Part shown: piece by piece, positions 48,405 through 60,159 of the stretch | Numbering within the stretch: position 1 is the first letter of the stretch | How the letters are laid out: the number at the start of each line of letters is the position of its first letter | DNA from: Squalus acanthias | Lineage: Eukaryota | Assembly (NCBI GenBank): GCA_030390025.1 | Contig: CM059432.1 | Span: 77,936,001-78,000,000 of the forward strand | DNA: 64,000 nt | Direction of reading: 5' to 3' | Position numbers and translations under genes: made by a program | Notes under the pieces: generated by a model | Database searches by the model: none | What the model saw: the letters and a program-made list of their open reading frames with translations, nothing else | Told to the model about the DNA's origin: nothing

Positions 48405-49980
48405 CTTTACCAACCTTATTGAATTCTTTGAAGAATTAACAGAAAGAGTAGACAAGGGTAATGCAGTAGATGTAAAATATTTGGATTTTCAAAAGGCCTT
48501 CGATAAGGTACCGCATAGTATACTCATGACTAAGGTTGGAGCATGGAGTCAGGGGACAAGTAGCAGATTGGATAGCAAGCTGGTTACGAAACAGAAAAAA
48601 TAGTAGTAAAGGGTAGCTACTCGGACTGGCAATAGGTGGGAAGTGGTGTTCCACAGGGATCGGTACTGGGATCACTGTTGTTGACCATTTACATAAATGA
48701 TTTGAACTTGGGAATCGGAAGTACAATTTTAACATTTGTGGATGACACCAAATTGGGGACGGTAGTTAATGCAAAGGAAGTACAGGAAACTCTTTATTAA
48801 CCGGCACCGACGGGACCGGCGTGGTGCCGGTTAATCAAAAAGTCCGGATAACGGAGAGTTATATCTCCCAACGTACGAGAGCCCTGTACACATTGACATG
48901 CGCCTGCATTCGGAGCTCCGTCTCCCCGGGGACCGCCAGCTGACCATCTGTCGTGTCCGCTGCCTACCCGGGCTGCACATTTCCCTCCCAATCTACACGC
49001 TCCGATACAAGGCAAACGCCTCGGGGTGTTTTTTAAAGTTAATTTTAAACGAGAGATGAAGGAAAACCCCGGTTACCTACTCAAGAATTTTGACGGTTAA
49101 GAGAGATTTCCGGATATTTGGGTGCCGGTTAATAAAGAGTTTCCTGTATACGACAAAATACAAGATGACATTAATAAACTTGTAGAATGGGCATTTAATT
49201 GGCAAATGAACTTCAATATAGAGAAGTGAGGCGGTGCCTTTTGGTAGGAAGAAAAAGGAGGCAACATACTGCTGAGATAATAAGAGTCTAAATGAGGTAG
49301 AGGAGAAAAGAGATCTAGAGGTATAGATACACAAATCACTAGAAGTAGCGACGCAGGTTAATAAGGCCATTAAAAAAAAGCAAACCAAGCACTGGGGTTC
49401 ATTTCTAGAGGGATAGAATTGAAAAGTAAAGAAGTTATGCTAACCTTGCATAGAACCTTGGTTAGACTACACAAAATACTGTGCACAGTTCTGGTCTCCA
49501 TATTATAAAAAGGATATTAAAGGCACTGGAGAAGGTGCAAAAATGATACCAGAACTGACAGCATATGCTTATCAGGAAAGGCTGAACAGGCTGGGGCTCT
49601 TTTCTCTAGAAAATAGAAGGTTGATGGGTGACCTGATAGAGATCTTTAAAATGATGAAGGGGTTCAATAGGGTAGATGTAGAGAAGATGTGGAGGAGTCC
49701 AAAACAAAAGGTCATAAATATAAGATAGTCACTAATAAATCCAATTCTTTACCCAAAGAGTGATAAGAATGTGGAACTTGCTACCAGAAGGAGTAGTTGA
49801 AGCGAATAGCATAGATACATTTAAGGGGAAACTAGATAAGCACATGAGGGAGAAAGGAATAGAAGGATAAGCTGATGGGGTTAGATGAAGAGGAGTGGGA
49901 GGAAGCTCATGTAGAGCATAAATGTTGGCATAGACCAGTTGAGCCGAATGGCCTGTTTCTGTGCTGTAGATACTATGTAA
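48405..49980 (+). mobile_element. CR1 3' half (same family as 39070-40350) carrying a MITE
   Basis: TNLIEFFEE..DFQKAFDKVPH..YQERLNRLGLFSLE; 3' UTR matches 40250-40350. Confidence 0.9.
48783..49146. mobile_element. pogo/Tigger-like MITE (Tc1/mariner superfamily), 364 bp
   Basis: Perfect 26-bp TIRs CAGGAAACTCTTTATTAACCGGCACC (48783-48808 / 49121-49146); TA TSD on both sides. Confidence 0.93.
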
Positions 49981-50897
49981 CGCCTAATACATCACCATTT
50001 AGACTGTATTCCCTTCTGCAGAACTTATATCTACTGTCTAGTACCCTGTACTTCATTATGTTACACAGCCTCTGCCATTTTTTTTACCCATTAAATCTAT
50101 CCTTTTGCAATTTTTGTTCTCTTTCTCAGTTCATTGTACTTCCTATCCTAGTATGATTTGCAAATTTGGACATCTTTCCTTCTATTCCCAAATCCACGAG
50201 AGTCCTCAGATAAGATTACAGCATTTCCATTAAGTGCTCCAGAATACTATTAAAAATCAACCAAATACAAAATTTATTATTTGATATTTTCCTGAGAAAG
50301 CAGTATTTTATGTTCTTTGTATTCAATATATTTTCAGTAAGAGGTTTTTTGGAAACTATTAGCAATGTTGCAGCTTTCTATTGTGTTGCGGAGAATTCTA
50401 ACAAAGACAAAGTCAAATAGTGTTCAACCCCATTATTATACTAATAGACTTTGTCCAGCTGTATTTAAAAAAAAAATCAATTTCAGTAGGGTTTACCATC
50501 ACTTCTTAACCAGTGATTTAAATGTAGGCCTAGTTCATTACGGAGGTGAATAAGTAACCAAATTGGTACTAATTAATTATACTGGTCCTATATACCCTTC
50601 TATTGCATAACTAAGCTAATTTTATGGTGTAGCCTTCAATGCAACAAACAATACATTACACCTGGAAATTTGGAAATGGAGTTAGTCATGTGCATGACTT
50701 GGTTTTGAAGTATAAACTAAACAAACATGCTCTCAATAAGTCCCAAATGACAGTCAGCTGGCTCTGCATCACTTTTTCAACAGGGTACGTGGAGCTCTGT
50801 GTACCAAAGCTCATCTGTCCAGTTGGCTCTCTGCTAACAGTAAAACTAAGGTTTAAGACACTTCCACTCATGTCGCCTGGACCACTTGGGAACTTAC

Positions 50898-50943
50898 CAA
50901 ACTTTGTTTTACTAGTTGAGGGTATAATAAAGCTGGAGTGAAG
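50898..50943 (-). CDS. Candidate short exon (FTPALLYPQLVKQSL); acceptor uncertain
   Basis: Donor TTG|GTAAGT; possible acceptors at 50944 or 51029; phase 0 end compatible with 45666. Confidence 0.2.
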
Positions 50944-51199
50944 CTGAAGCAGCCTTAGACAAGCTCCCCATGGCAATCTCACACGGCTTGCCAATGTCAA
51001 CTTGGGCGACTTCATGCTCGAGTTACACTACATATTAAAAATTAGATGTAAACTCTCATCAATGCAAAAAATATAGTATGGCTTGCCGATAAGATACTTA
51101 CTGAACTAAACGATTCAAAGATGTAACTTGTTTCAAATAAGAGAATGCTGTCTGTGGAATCACCATTTGCTAAAATTGTTAAAACTGTACAAAATGTTT

Positions 51200-51760
51200 T
51201 AAAATAAAACAGTAAATGCTGGAAATATACTGTAGTTGGCATCTGTAAAATAGGTTATGACTTTTCAGGTGTGTACTCTTCATTGGACTAAAGGCCAAGT
51301 GACAAACAGGCATTTAAGTTTTAAAAAAGAGTGAAAGGGGGAGAGGGGGGGGGGGGGTGGAAGGGAAGAAGAGAACCAACAGATACACAACTCACTGAGA
51401 AGGAGTAAATTCGTTAAATAACTTGCAAACTGCTAAACAGAAAAAGGTCGTCAATGAGATAATGCAGACATGTAGAGAAGACAAAAGAATGTGCAAATAG
51501 TGGGGGTTGAGGAGACACAGGAAAGGTCCGTGTACAACTAGAGCATGAGAAATAAACAAACAAGAAAAATGAAAGTGAAAAATTGTGGGTGCCAACAAAC
51601 ATGAAATTAAAAAAGAAAATGCAAACAAAACACTGTCAATATGCCAATTGTGAAGAGAAAAAAAACCCAGGTCCACACCATGGGCTCAGATACCACCAGC
51701 GCTGTGCTCTGATGAGGGGTCTCCAACCCAAATGTCAAATGGCTTGCCCTCCTTCCAAAC
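51200..51760. mobile_element. Decayed Penelope-like remnant with two oppositely oriented terminal motifs
   Basis: AAAACAGTAAATGCTGGAAATA resembles 16611; CTGATGA-GGGGT.CTCCA.ACCC-AAATGTC at 51709-51736. Confidence 0.5.
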
Positions 51761-51765
51761 ACAAA

Positions 51766-52188
51766 GGGCTGGATTTTGAATGACCCATGGAGTCGGGTTT
51801 GGAGGCGTGTGGGGGGTTAAATTTGCGGGGTCGGGATTTCCGACCCCATCCCGCCTCCACGCAATTTGACAAAATCAGTCGCGGGGTTCCCGACTCCATC
51901 CCGCCTCCAAGAGGCGGGAGAGGCCATTAAAGCCCTTAACAAGCTCTAAATTGGCTCTGTAATGCCATTTTGAAACGTTGTAGCTAGTTTAACCCTTTTC
52001 TGACGTGAAGCACGCCTGGTGTGAAACACTCCAATGAAACCTGGCGGGAGCACAAGTGGATAGCTGACTATCGGCTGCAGGTCCACTATTACAACGGAGA
52101 TGTGATGAAGGTAGTAGTAGTATTAGGTCTGAAAGTCGCCTCTGATGCTGCTGCATTGAATGTCTTCAGAGACTGCCTGGGAGGACGG

Positions 52189-52224
<36 letters not shown>

Positions 52225-52487
52225 GTTTTGCATCCAGGTCCACTCACATCAAAAGCAAGCCAGGCAGGTCCTCTCTCACCAACAGTCTCTGAGACTAGGC
52301 AGTCAGCAATGATGACATCATCAGAGGTGACTTTCAGACTGAAAACACTAATTAGTTCATGGGTTCCCACATGCTGCAACTCAATTGCCCAATTAAGTGA
52401 AAATTGCATCAGGCATCCACATTAATCTGGAGTCGGGGGGGGAAACACGAAATGCGGATTACACGACCCCAAGACAAAATCCAGCCC
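51766..52487. mobile_element. PIF/Harbinger-like MITE, relative of 3399-4220
   Basis: TIRs GGGCTGGATTTTG / CAAAATCCAGCCC; 3-bp TSD AAA; left about 100 bp matches the reverse complement of 4120-4220. Confidence 0.88.
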
Positions 52488-52530
52488 AAAGACTCTCCTC
52501 CCCACCGCAAGCACCCAATGTTGTGAAGAA

Positions 52531-53101
52531 AAGGGTGATTACACAATGAAACTGTATTGCAGTATGAGGGAAGGCAAGAAGGTAAGACTGGCTATAGTAA
52601 GTAATTCTCATTCTTCCTTAGTCATTCAACCTCTGTACACAATTAGGAACTATGCCTGGGAGGTCAACATGGCTCAGTTGGAAGTATTATTGCCTCGGAG
52701 TCAGAAGGTTGTGGGTTCAAGCCTCACTTAGGACTGGAGCATGTAATCTAGGCTGACAATTCAGTGCAGTATGAAGGAAGTGTTGCATTGTCAGAGATGC
52801 CATCCTTTAAATGAAATGCTGAACTGTGACCCTATCTGCATAAAAAGGTGGGTGTATAACATCCCATGGCACCTTTTTGAAGAACAGCAGGGAAGTTCCC
52901 CTGATGTCCGGGCCAGCCTCCATCCTTAAATATAAAACCACCAAAAACACATTAACTGCTTATTCATCTCATTGTTTTTTTGGGGGGAGGACCTTGTTGT
53001 GCACAAATTGTCTGCTGTATTTGCCTGTATAACAACATAGCCAGTCTTACCTTCTTGCCTTCCCTCATACTGCAATACAGTTTCATTGTGTAATCACCCT
53101 T
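52531..53101. repeat. Perfect 65-bp inverted repeat pair (52531-52595 / 53037-53101)
   Basis: Base-by-base reverse-complement identity. Confidence 0.97.
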
Positions 53102-53350
53102 CACTACCTTGCCCAAATGAATTTTGCATGTGTGAGCCTACAATGCGAGTGTCTGCAGGTATTTTGATTTTGGGGTCATCCTAGCTGAGCACAAAACTGT
53201 CCTTGGCCTGTATCCACACAGGCACTTTACAGTAAGAGTGGATAGCAATCAGGAGTGAGAATTGTGGCTGACCTTTAAATAATTTATTGGCTGTAAAGTG
53301 CATTAGGACATACTGGGGAAGTGAAAGACACTATATAAATGCAAGTTCTT
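52668..53350 (+). mobile_element. Deu-domain SINE with tRNA-like head, interrupted at 53037-53272
   Basis: A box TGGCTCAGTTGG, B box GGTTCAAGCC, Deu core; tail resumes at about 53275. Confidence 0.8.
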
Positions 53351-53419
53351 TCCTTCTTTGGAAGCAACAAAAAGAAACTGGTAAACCAGGCACATTGTCT
53401 GCCCAGCTTGAAGCATACC

Positions 53420-53905
53420 AACAATCAGCATTCATACAATGCCGTTAATGTAGAAAAAGTGTCAAACTTCGCAGAAGAAAGAAATAGATGCCGAGCCCTT
53501 TATAGAGGGATTAGATTGAGAGCTGACCAAAAGCTTGATTGAAGAGATGGGTTTTAAGCAATGAGTATTAGGTATAGGCTTTTAAAGGAAGCAGTGAGGC
53601 AGAGTGTTTAGGGAAGGGGTTCCAGTAACTAGGGCAAAGTTGGCTGACATATCTGCCACCAATAGTGGAAAGGATGGAAGGGTTGCACAAAAGACCACAA
53701 TCAGAGGACCAACAGGTGCGACTGGGATGCAAGGCTGGAATGGGTTCCTGAGGGAGAGTGGAGCAAAGCCATGGAGAAAGGATGAAGATTTGAATTCAAC
53801 ACCTTGGAGTACAGTGAGCCAGTGTAAGTCATCGAAGAAGAGGGTAATGGGCAAACAACACTTAGTGCAGGGCAAGATGTGGGCAGCTGAGTTCTGAACA
53901 AGCTG
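53420..53905 (-). mobile_element. Old L2 3' end
   Basis: QLVQNSAAHIL..PITLFFDDLHWL. Confidence 0.75.
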
Positions 53906-53919
53906 ATGTTTATATTTTA

Positions 53920-55015
53920 TAGAAGTGAGAGTGACTGCTCTTGACATCAAGGCAGCATTTGACCAAGTGTGGCACCAAGGAGTCCTAGTAAAATTGAAGT
54001 CAATGGGAATCAGGGGGAAAACCGCTCCATTGGCTGGAGTCATACCTAGCACAAAAGGAAGATGGCTGTGGTTGTTGGAAGCCAATCATCTCAGTCCCAG
54101 GACATCGCTGCAGGAGTTCCTCAGGGCAGTGTCATAGGCCCAACCATCTTTAGCTGCTACATCAATAACCTTCCCTCCATCATAAGGTCTGAAGTGGGGA
54201 TGTTTGCTGATGATTAGTGTTCAGTTCCATTTGCAACTCCACAGATAATGAAGCGGACCATGCCCGCATGCAGCAAGACCTGGACAACATTCACACTTGG
54301 GCTGATAAGTGGCAAGTAGTATTAGCGCCACATAAGTGCCAGGCAATGACCATCTTCAACAAGAGAAAGTCTAACCATCTCCCCATGACATTCAATGGCA
54401 TTACCATTGTCGAATCCCCCACCAACATCCTGGGGGTCACCATTGACCAGAAACTTAAATGGACCAGCCACATAAATACCGTGGTTACAAGAGCAGGTCA
54501 GAGGCTCATTATTCTGTGGCGAGTGACTCACCTGACTCCCCAAAGCCTTTCCACCATCTACAAGGCACAAGTTAGGAGTATGATGGAATACTCTCCACTT
54601 GCCTGGATGAGTACAACTCCAACAACAGACAAGAGGCGCGACACCATCCAGGACAAAGCAGCCCGCTTCATTGGCACCCCATCCATCACCTTAAACATTC
54701 ACTCCCTCCACCACCGGCGCACCGTGTCTGCAGTATGTACCATCTACAAGATGCACTGCAGCAACTCGCCAAGGCTTCTTCGACAGCACCTCCCAAACCC
54801 GCGACCTCTACCACCTAGAAGAACAAGGGCATCAGGCGCATGGGAACACCACCATCTCTAAGTTCCCCTACCAAACAGCATTGAGAGTGTACCTTCACCA
54901 TACGGACTGCAGCGGTTCAAGAAGGTGGCTCACCACCACCTTCTCGAGGGCAATTAGGGATGAGCAATAAATGCTGGCTTTGCCAGCGATGCCCACATCC
55001 TGTGAATGAATAAAA
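53920..55015 (+). mobile_element. CR1/L2-group LINE (Crack/Zenon-like), RT to 3' end
   Basis: ALDIKAAFDQVWH, GVPQGSVIGP, MFADD, YKAQVRSMMEYSPLAW; tail GTGAATGAATAAAAAA. Confidence 0.88.
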
Positions 55016-55017
55016 AA

Positions 55018-55462
55018 GACTTGAAAGACTTGCATTTATATAGTGCCTTTCACGACATCCCAAAACATTTTACAGCCAATGAAGTACTTTTGTCGTGCAG
55101 TCACTGTTGTAAGGTAGGCAGTCAATTTGCGCACAGCAAGCTCCCACAAACAGCAACGTGATAATGATCAGATAATCTGTTTTAGTGATGTTGATTGAGG
55201 GATAAATGTTGGCCGGGACACAAAGGATAGCGCCCTGCTCTTCTTCAATATAGTGGCATGGGATCTTTTACATCCATCTGAGAGAGCAGACGGGGCCTGG
55301 GTTTAACATCTCATCCGAAAGTGGGCCCCTCCGACAGTGCAGTACTCCCTCATTACTGCACTGGAGTGTCAGCCTAGATTTTTGTGCTCAAGTCTCTGGA
55401 GTGGGACTTGAACCCACAACCTTCCGACTCAGAGGCGAGAGCGCTAACAACTGAGCCACCGT
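55018..55462 (-). mobile_element. Full-length Deu-domain SINE (SacSINE1-like)
   Basis: tRNA-like head GGTGGCTCAGTTGTTAG..GGTTCAAGTCCC, Deu core, L2-like tail with (TCTT) repeats. Confidence 0.88.
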
Positions 55463-55496
55463 GCAGGAGGCAGTGCGGCTTACGGGGAACGTTGCC

Positions 55497-56082
55497 CATA
55501 ACCCCTGTGCTTGCTGACCTACACTGGCTGCCGTTCGGCAACACCACGATTTGAAAATTCTCATCCTTGTTTTCAAATCCCGCCATGGCCTCGCCCCACC
55601 CTATCTCTGTCGCCTCCTCCAACCCTCTGAGATCTCGGCGCCCCTCCAATTCTGGCCTCTTGCGCATCCCCAATTTTAATTGCTCTATCACTGGCAGCCG
55701 TGCCTTCAGCTGCCTAGGCCGGATGCTCTGAAATTCCCTCCCTGAACCCCTCCGCCTCTCTACCTCTCCTCCTTTAAGACACTCCTTAAAACCTACCTCT
55801 ATGACCTCTGACGAAAGGTCATAGACATGAAATGTTAACTCTTGTTTCTCTCTCCGCAGATGCTGCCTGACCTGCTGAGTATTTCCAGCATTTTCTGTTT
55901 TTATTTCAGATTTCCAGCATCCGCAGTACTTTGCTTTTGTATCTATGACCATGCTTTTGGCCATCTGTCCTAATATCTGCTGATGTGGCGCAGTGGCAAA
56001 TTTTATTTGATAACGCTCCTGTGAAGCGCCTTTGGATGTTTTACTACGTTAAAGACGCTAATAAATGCAAGTTGTTGTTGTT
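55497..56082 (+). mobile_element. L2 3' end carrying a PLE terminal insert
   Basis: Colinear with 30-489; (TTG)n tail. Confidence 0.88.
55807..55941 (+). mobile_element. Solo 135-bp Penelope terminal unit with hammerhead motif
   Basis: TSD TCTATGACC (55798-55806, 55942-55950); CUGACGA-A-AGGUC.AUA.GACAU-GAAA-UGUU-AACU. Confidence 0.88.
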
Positions 56083-56489
56083 GATATGACATGATTGTAT
56101 TGGGCGGGAAGAGAACCCATTGCTGGAGATGCGCTAGCTGCATTAGATACAGGTAGGAGTGGATCCAATGGGAGTCCCAGAAAGAGAAATGGTGGACAGA
56201 ACATAGTCAAATGTCACAGGGAAACAGCGAAGGATAAGGAGGGATAACACACCATGGTCACAGTCACAGTGGATATAGTTGTTGACTCTGATCAGGGTGT
56301 TCAAGCAGTGAGCATCACAGAAAGTAGAATGAAGAGATTCAAGCTGTAAGGAGAGGTAGGCACAGAGCTGGGATATAACACTTAGAAAAGCAGGATTAGT
56401 TCAGCTGGAAAAAGTGGGTTTCTGAGAGGAGTCATGAACCAAGTGTGCAGGGGATAGCCTTTGTCCCAAAGCAGCCAACCTCTCAATTG

Positions 56490-59410
56490 CTGTGCAAGGG
56501 CAAAGAATGCAAGGGCATCCTCAAGTACCCATCAAACTCCCTTTTAAAATTATTTATGGAATCAGCTTCCACCACCTTTTCAGGTAGGGCGTTCCAGATC
56601 ACGACAACTCGGAGTGACAAAAAACTCCTCCTCTCCCCTCTAGATCTTTTGCCAATGATTTTGAATCTATGACCTCTAGTTATTGACCTACTCGCCAGAG
56701 GGAATAACTTTTCTCTATCTACAATTTTGTATCCATACCGCTACTTTCCCCTTAATTCCATGGGCTTCCACTTTCTTAATAAGCCTCCTGTGTGGCACTT
56801 TGTCGAATGCCTTCTGAAAGTCCATATATACATCTACTGCACTACCTTGATCAACCTTCTCTGTTACATCATCAAAGAATTCAATCAAGTTGGTCAGACA
56901 CGATTTGCCTTTCACAAATCCATGCTGGCTCTCCTTAATTAACATATGCCTTTCCAAATGAAAGTTTATTATGTCCCTGATAATAGTTTCCAATGACTTC
57001 CCCACCACCAATGTTAAGTTGACCGGCCTGTATTTTCCTGGTTTATCCCTCTCCCCTTTCTTGAATAGTGGTATAACATTAGTAACTCTCCAGTCTGCCA
57101 GCCCTACTCCTGTATCCAATGAGGATTGAAAAATGACCAATGCCTCTGCTATTTCTACCTTTGCTTCTTTCAACAACCTAGGATGCATTCCATCTGGACC
57201 AGGTGACTTACCAACTTTCAGTAATGCTAATCTTTTTAATACGCCTTTTCTATCTATTACTATCCTACTTGTAACTTCCCGCTCCTCTTTTAGTGTAACC
57301 TTCACATCATCCGCTTCCTTTGTGAAGACAGATACAAAGTACTCATTTAATACTTTAGCCATGTCCTCTGCTGCTACATGAAAATTTCCCTTTGGGTTCA
57401 TAATAGGTCCAATTTTTTCCCTAGCTAACCACTTACACTTTATATGTTTTAGGGTTCAATTTAATGTTGCCTGCTAATCTTTTCTCGTAACCTCTCTTTG
57501 CATCCTGTATTAACTTTTTCAATTCACTCTTGTACTTTCCATAATCTTCCGGGTCATTAACTGAATCTTGCTCCTGACATTTGTCATAAGCCTCCTTTTT
57601 CTGTTTTATTTTAACTTTTATTTCCTTTGTCATTAGCTTTGGATGCTCTACCTTATCCCTTCAAAGGAATATGCCGAGTTTGCACCTGAACTATCTCTTT
57701 CCCGAATGCCCTCCATTGCTCCGTTATTGCTTTACCCTGCAATCGCCTTTTCCAATCTACCTATGCTAGGTCCCTTCTTAAATCAATGAAGTTAGCTCTT
57801 TGATATTTTCTGGTCTCTTTCCATAATTACTTTAAACCGAATTATGTGGCCATCACTGTTACCTAGATGATCTCCTACTGTAACACACTCCACTTGTCCT
57901 ACTTCATTTCCCAGAACCAGATCCAACACTGCTTCCTTCCTTGTTGGACTGGAGATATATTGATCGAGAAGGTTCTCCTCTACACATATCAGAAATTCCT
58001 CCCCTTCCCTACCCTTAGCACTATATTTTTCCCTGTCTATATTAGGGTAATTATACTACTACTCTATTTTTGTTACACACCTTTGAAATTTGCCAACAAA
58101 CTTCCTCATCTATCTCCTTCTCACTATTTGGAGCTCTATAAAAAAAAACTCCCAACAATGTAACAGCTCCCCTTTTGTTGCTCAACTCAAGCCAAATAGA
58201 TTCAGCACTCGAACCATCCAGTATATCCTTTCTATTTAGAGCTGTAACTTTTTCCTTCTCTATCATTCCTGAATACTTGATAACCAGGAATATCAAGAAC
58301 CCATTCCTGGCCTTTTTTGAGCTATGTCTCTGTTAAATGCAACCACGTCATAATCCCATGCATCAATTTGTGCCTGCAGCTCACCAACCTTATTAGTTAT
58401 ACTATGGACATTGACGTACATACAATTTAATACCTCCTTCGTCACTTTTGCTATTTTCCCTCAATTTGATCCCTGCTATTATTGGGATATTTCAAATTTT
58501 ACTGCTGTTTATATCTCTATCATCTGATCTCATTTCTGTTCCTTTCTGCTAATTTCTAGTTCCCCTCCCCCAGCCAAATTAGTTTAAACTCTTCCCAACA
58601 GTTCTCGATAACCTCTCAGCGAGAACATTGGTCCCAGCTTTGTTCAAGTGCAACTCGTCCATCTTGTACAGGTGCCCCTTCCCCCAGAATCGGTCCCAAT
58701 GCCCCAAGAATCTGAAACCAACCCTCCCTCCTGCACCACTTCTCCAGCCACACATTTACCTGCATTATCTTCCTGTTTCTATACTCACTAGCACATGGCA
58801 CTGGGAATAATTCCAAGATTACTATCTTTGAGGTCCTTTTCCTAGCTCCTGAAACTGTGCCTGAAGGACCGCAAAACTTTTTCTACCTATGTCATTGATT
58901 CCAACATGGACCACGACTTCTGACTGTTCCCCTTCCCCTCGCAGAATGTCCTACACCTGCTTAGTGATATCATTTACCCTGACACCAGGGAGGCAACCTA
59001 TCATTTGGGAATCACGTCTGCGGTTACAGAAACACTGGTCTATGCCCCTAACTATCGAATCCCCTATGACTATTGCATTTCTACTCTTTTTCCAGCGTGC
59101 AGTCAAATCTCCCGTGGTGCCTGGGGTTTGTCACTCACTGCATTCCTCTAAGAAGTCGTCACCCTTCCCAGTATTCAAAACTGAAAACCGGTTAGCGAGT
59201 GCACTGGCTTGGAGATTCCTGCACTACCTGCGTCTTCCTCCTACCCTGTCTGGTGGTCACCCACTCCCCACTTCCTGCACCTTCTGTAAGTTGTGGGGTG
59301 ACCACCTCCTGGAAAGTGCGCTCGAGTAAACTCTCCGACTCCGCAAACTTCGAAACTCAGATCTGGAGCTCAAGCAACTGGCGGCACTTCTTGCTTACAT
59401 GGTTATCCAT
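56490..59410 (-). mobile_element. CR1 LINE with ORF1 and a deleted ORF2
   Basis: CRQL zinc-finger region, GDSIVRG, VVHVGIND, DELHLN, YVNVHS, KSPGPDGMHPRLL, QHGFVKGKSCLTNL, DFQKAFDKVPH. Confidence 0.9.
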
Positions 59411-60159
59411 GTTCTTTCCCTAAAGATTAACAGCTTGTTCAGAACCAAATTCAAAGCGTATCTGATAAACAAAGGTGCAAAGTAGCAATTCATCAATGTT
59501 CTCCCTTTGCCATTACTCCGAGAAGTGGGGATTAGTTAGAAATAACAGCAACATGAACTCGGACAGTTTGGAGTCTGCTGTCCAGCAACATTTAACAGTA
59601 ATAAGGAAGGGGGAGGGGGGGTGGAAGATTTAAGAGAGCAGAAAAAAAAAGAAAGAATTATTGGCAACATATCACATCCTCACACCCCCTTGCATTAAAA
59701 TAGTCATGACATCAACAGGCAAAGCACTTCCACTTAGCATTTTAACTCATTAATTAAAGATTTTCCTGGAAGCCAGCTGTGTCGATACAACCAATGGCTA
59801 GAACCATAGTCTTCCAAGCAGACCTTTTCAAAACCCTTGCGATCGACTGAAAGCTCTTGAAATTGCTGTTCCAGTTCCAACTACCTTTTGGTCAGGTGGC
59901 TTTCCCTGTTCAGCATTCTAATGGGTCTGTTGGAACTAAAGCAAAAGATTGAGAACTTGTTCTTCCTGGCCAGTAAGAAGTTACTAGAATTACCATCATC
60001 TGTGCCTCTCCAATCTTCAGGAGAAATGGAGAAAAGGCAGGGAGGACAGTCTATTCAATGCTACTGACCAGACAACCTGGAAGCTGATGCAGAAGTCTTG
60101 TTCATGAGGTTTAGGTCTATGTAGCTCCATCTGTTTCAAATGGTGTTGGTTTTCCATAC

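Noticed and set aside
55390..55462. tRNA gene
   Set aside because: The A/B boxes are the head of a SINE that continues into the Deu core; the same applies at 52668.
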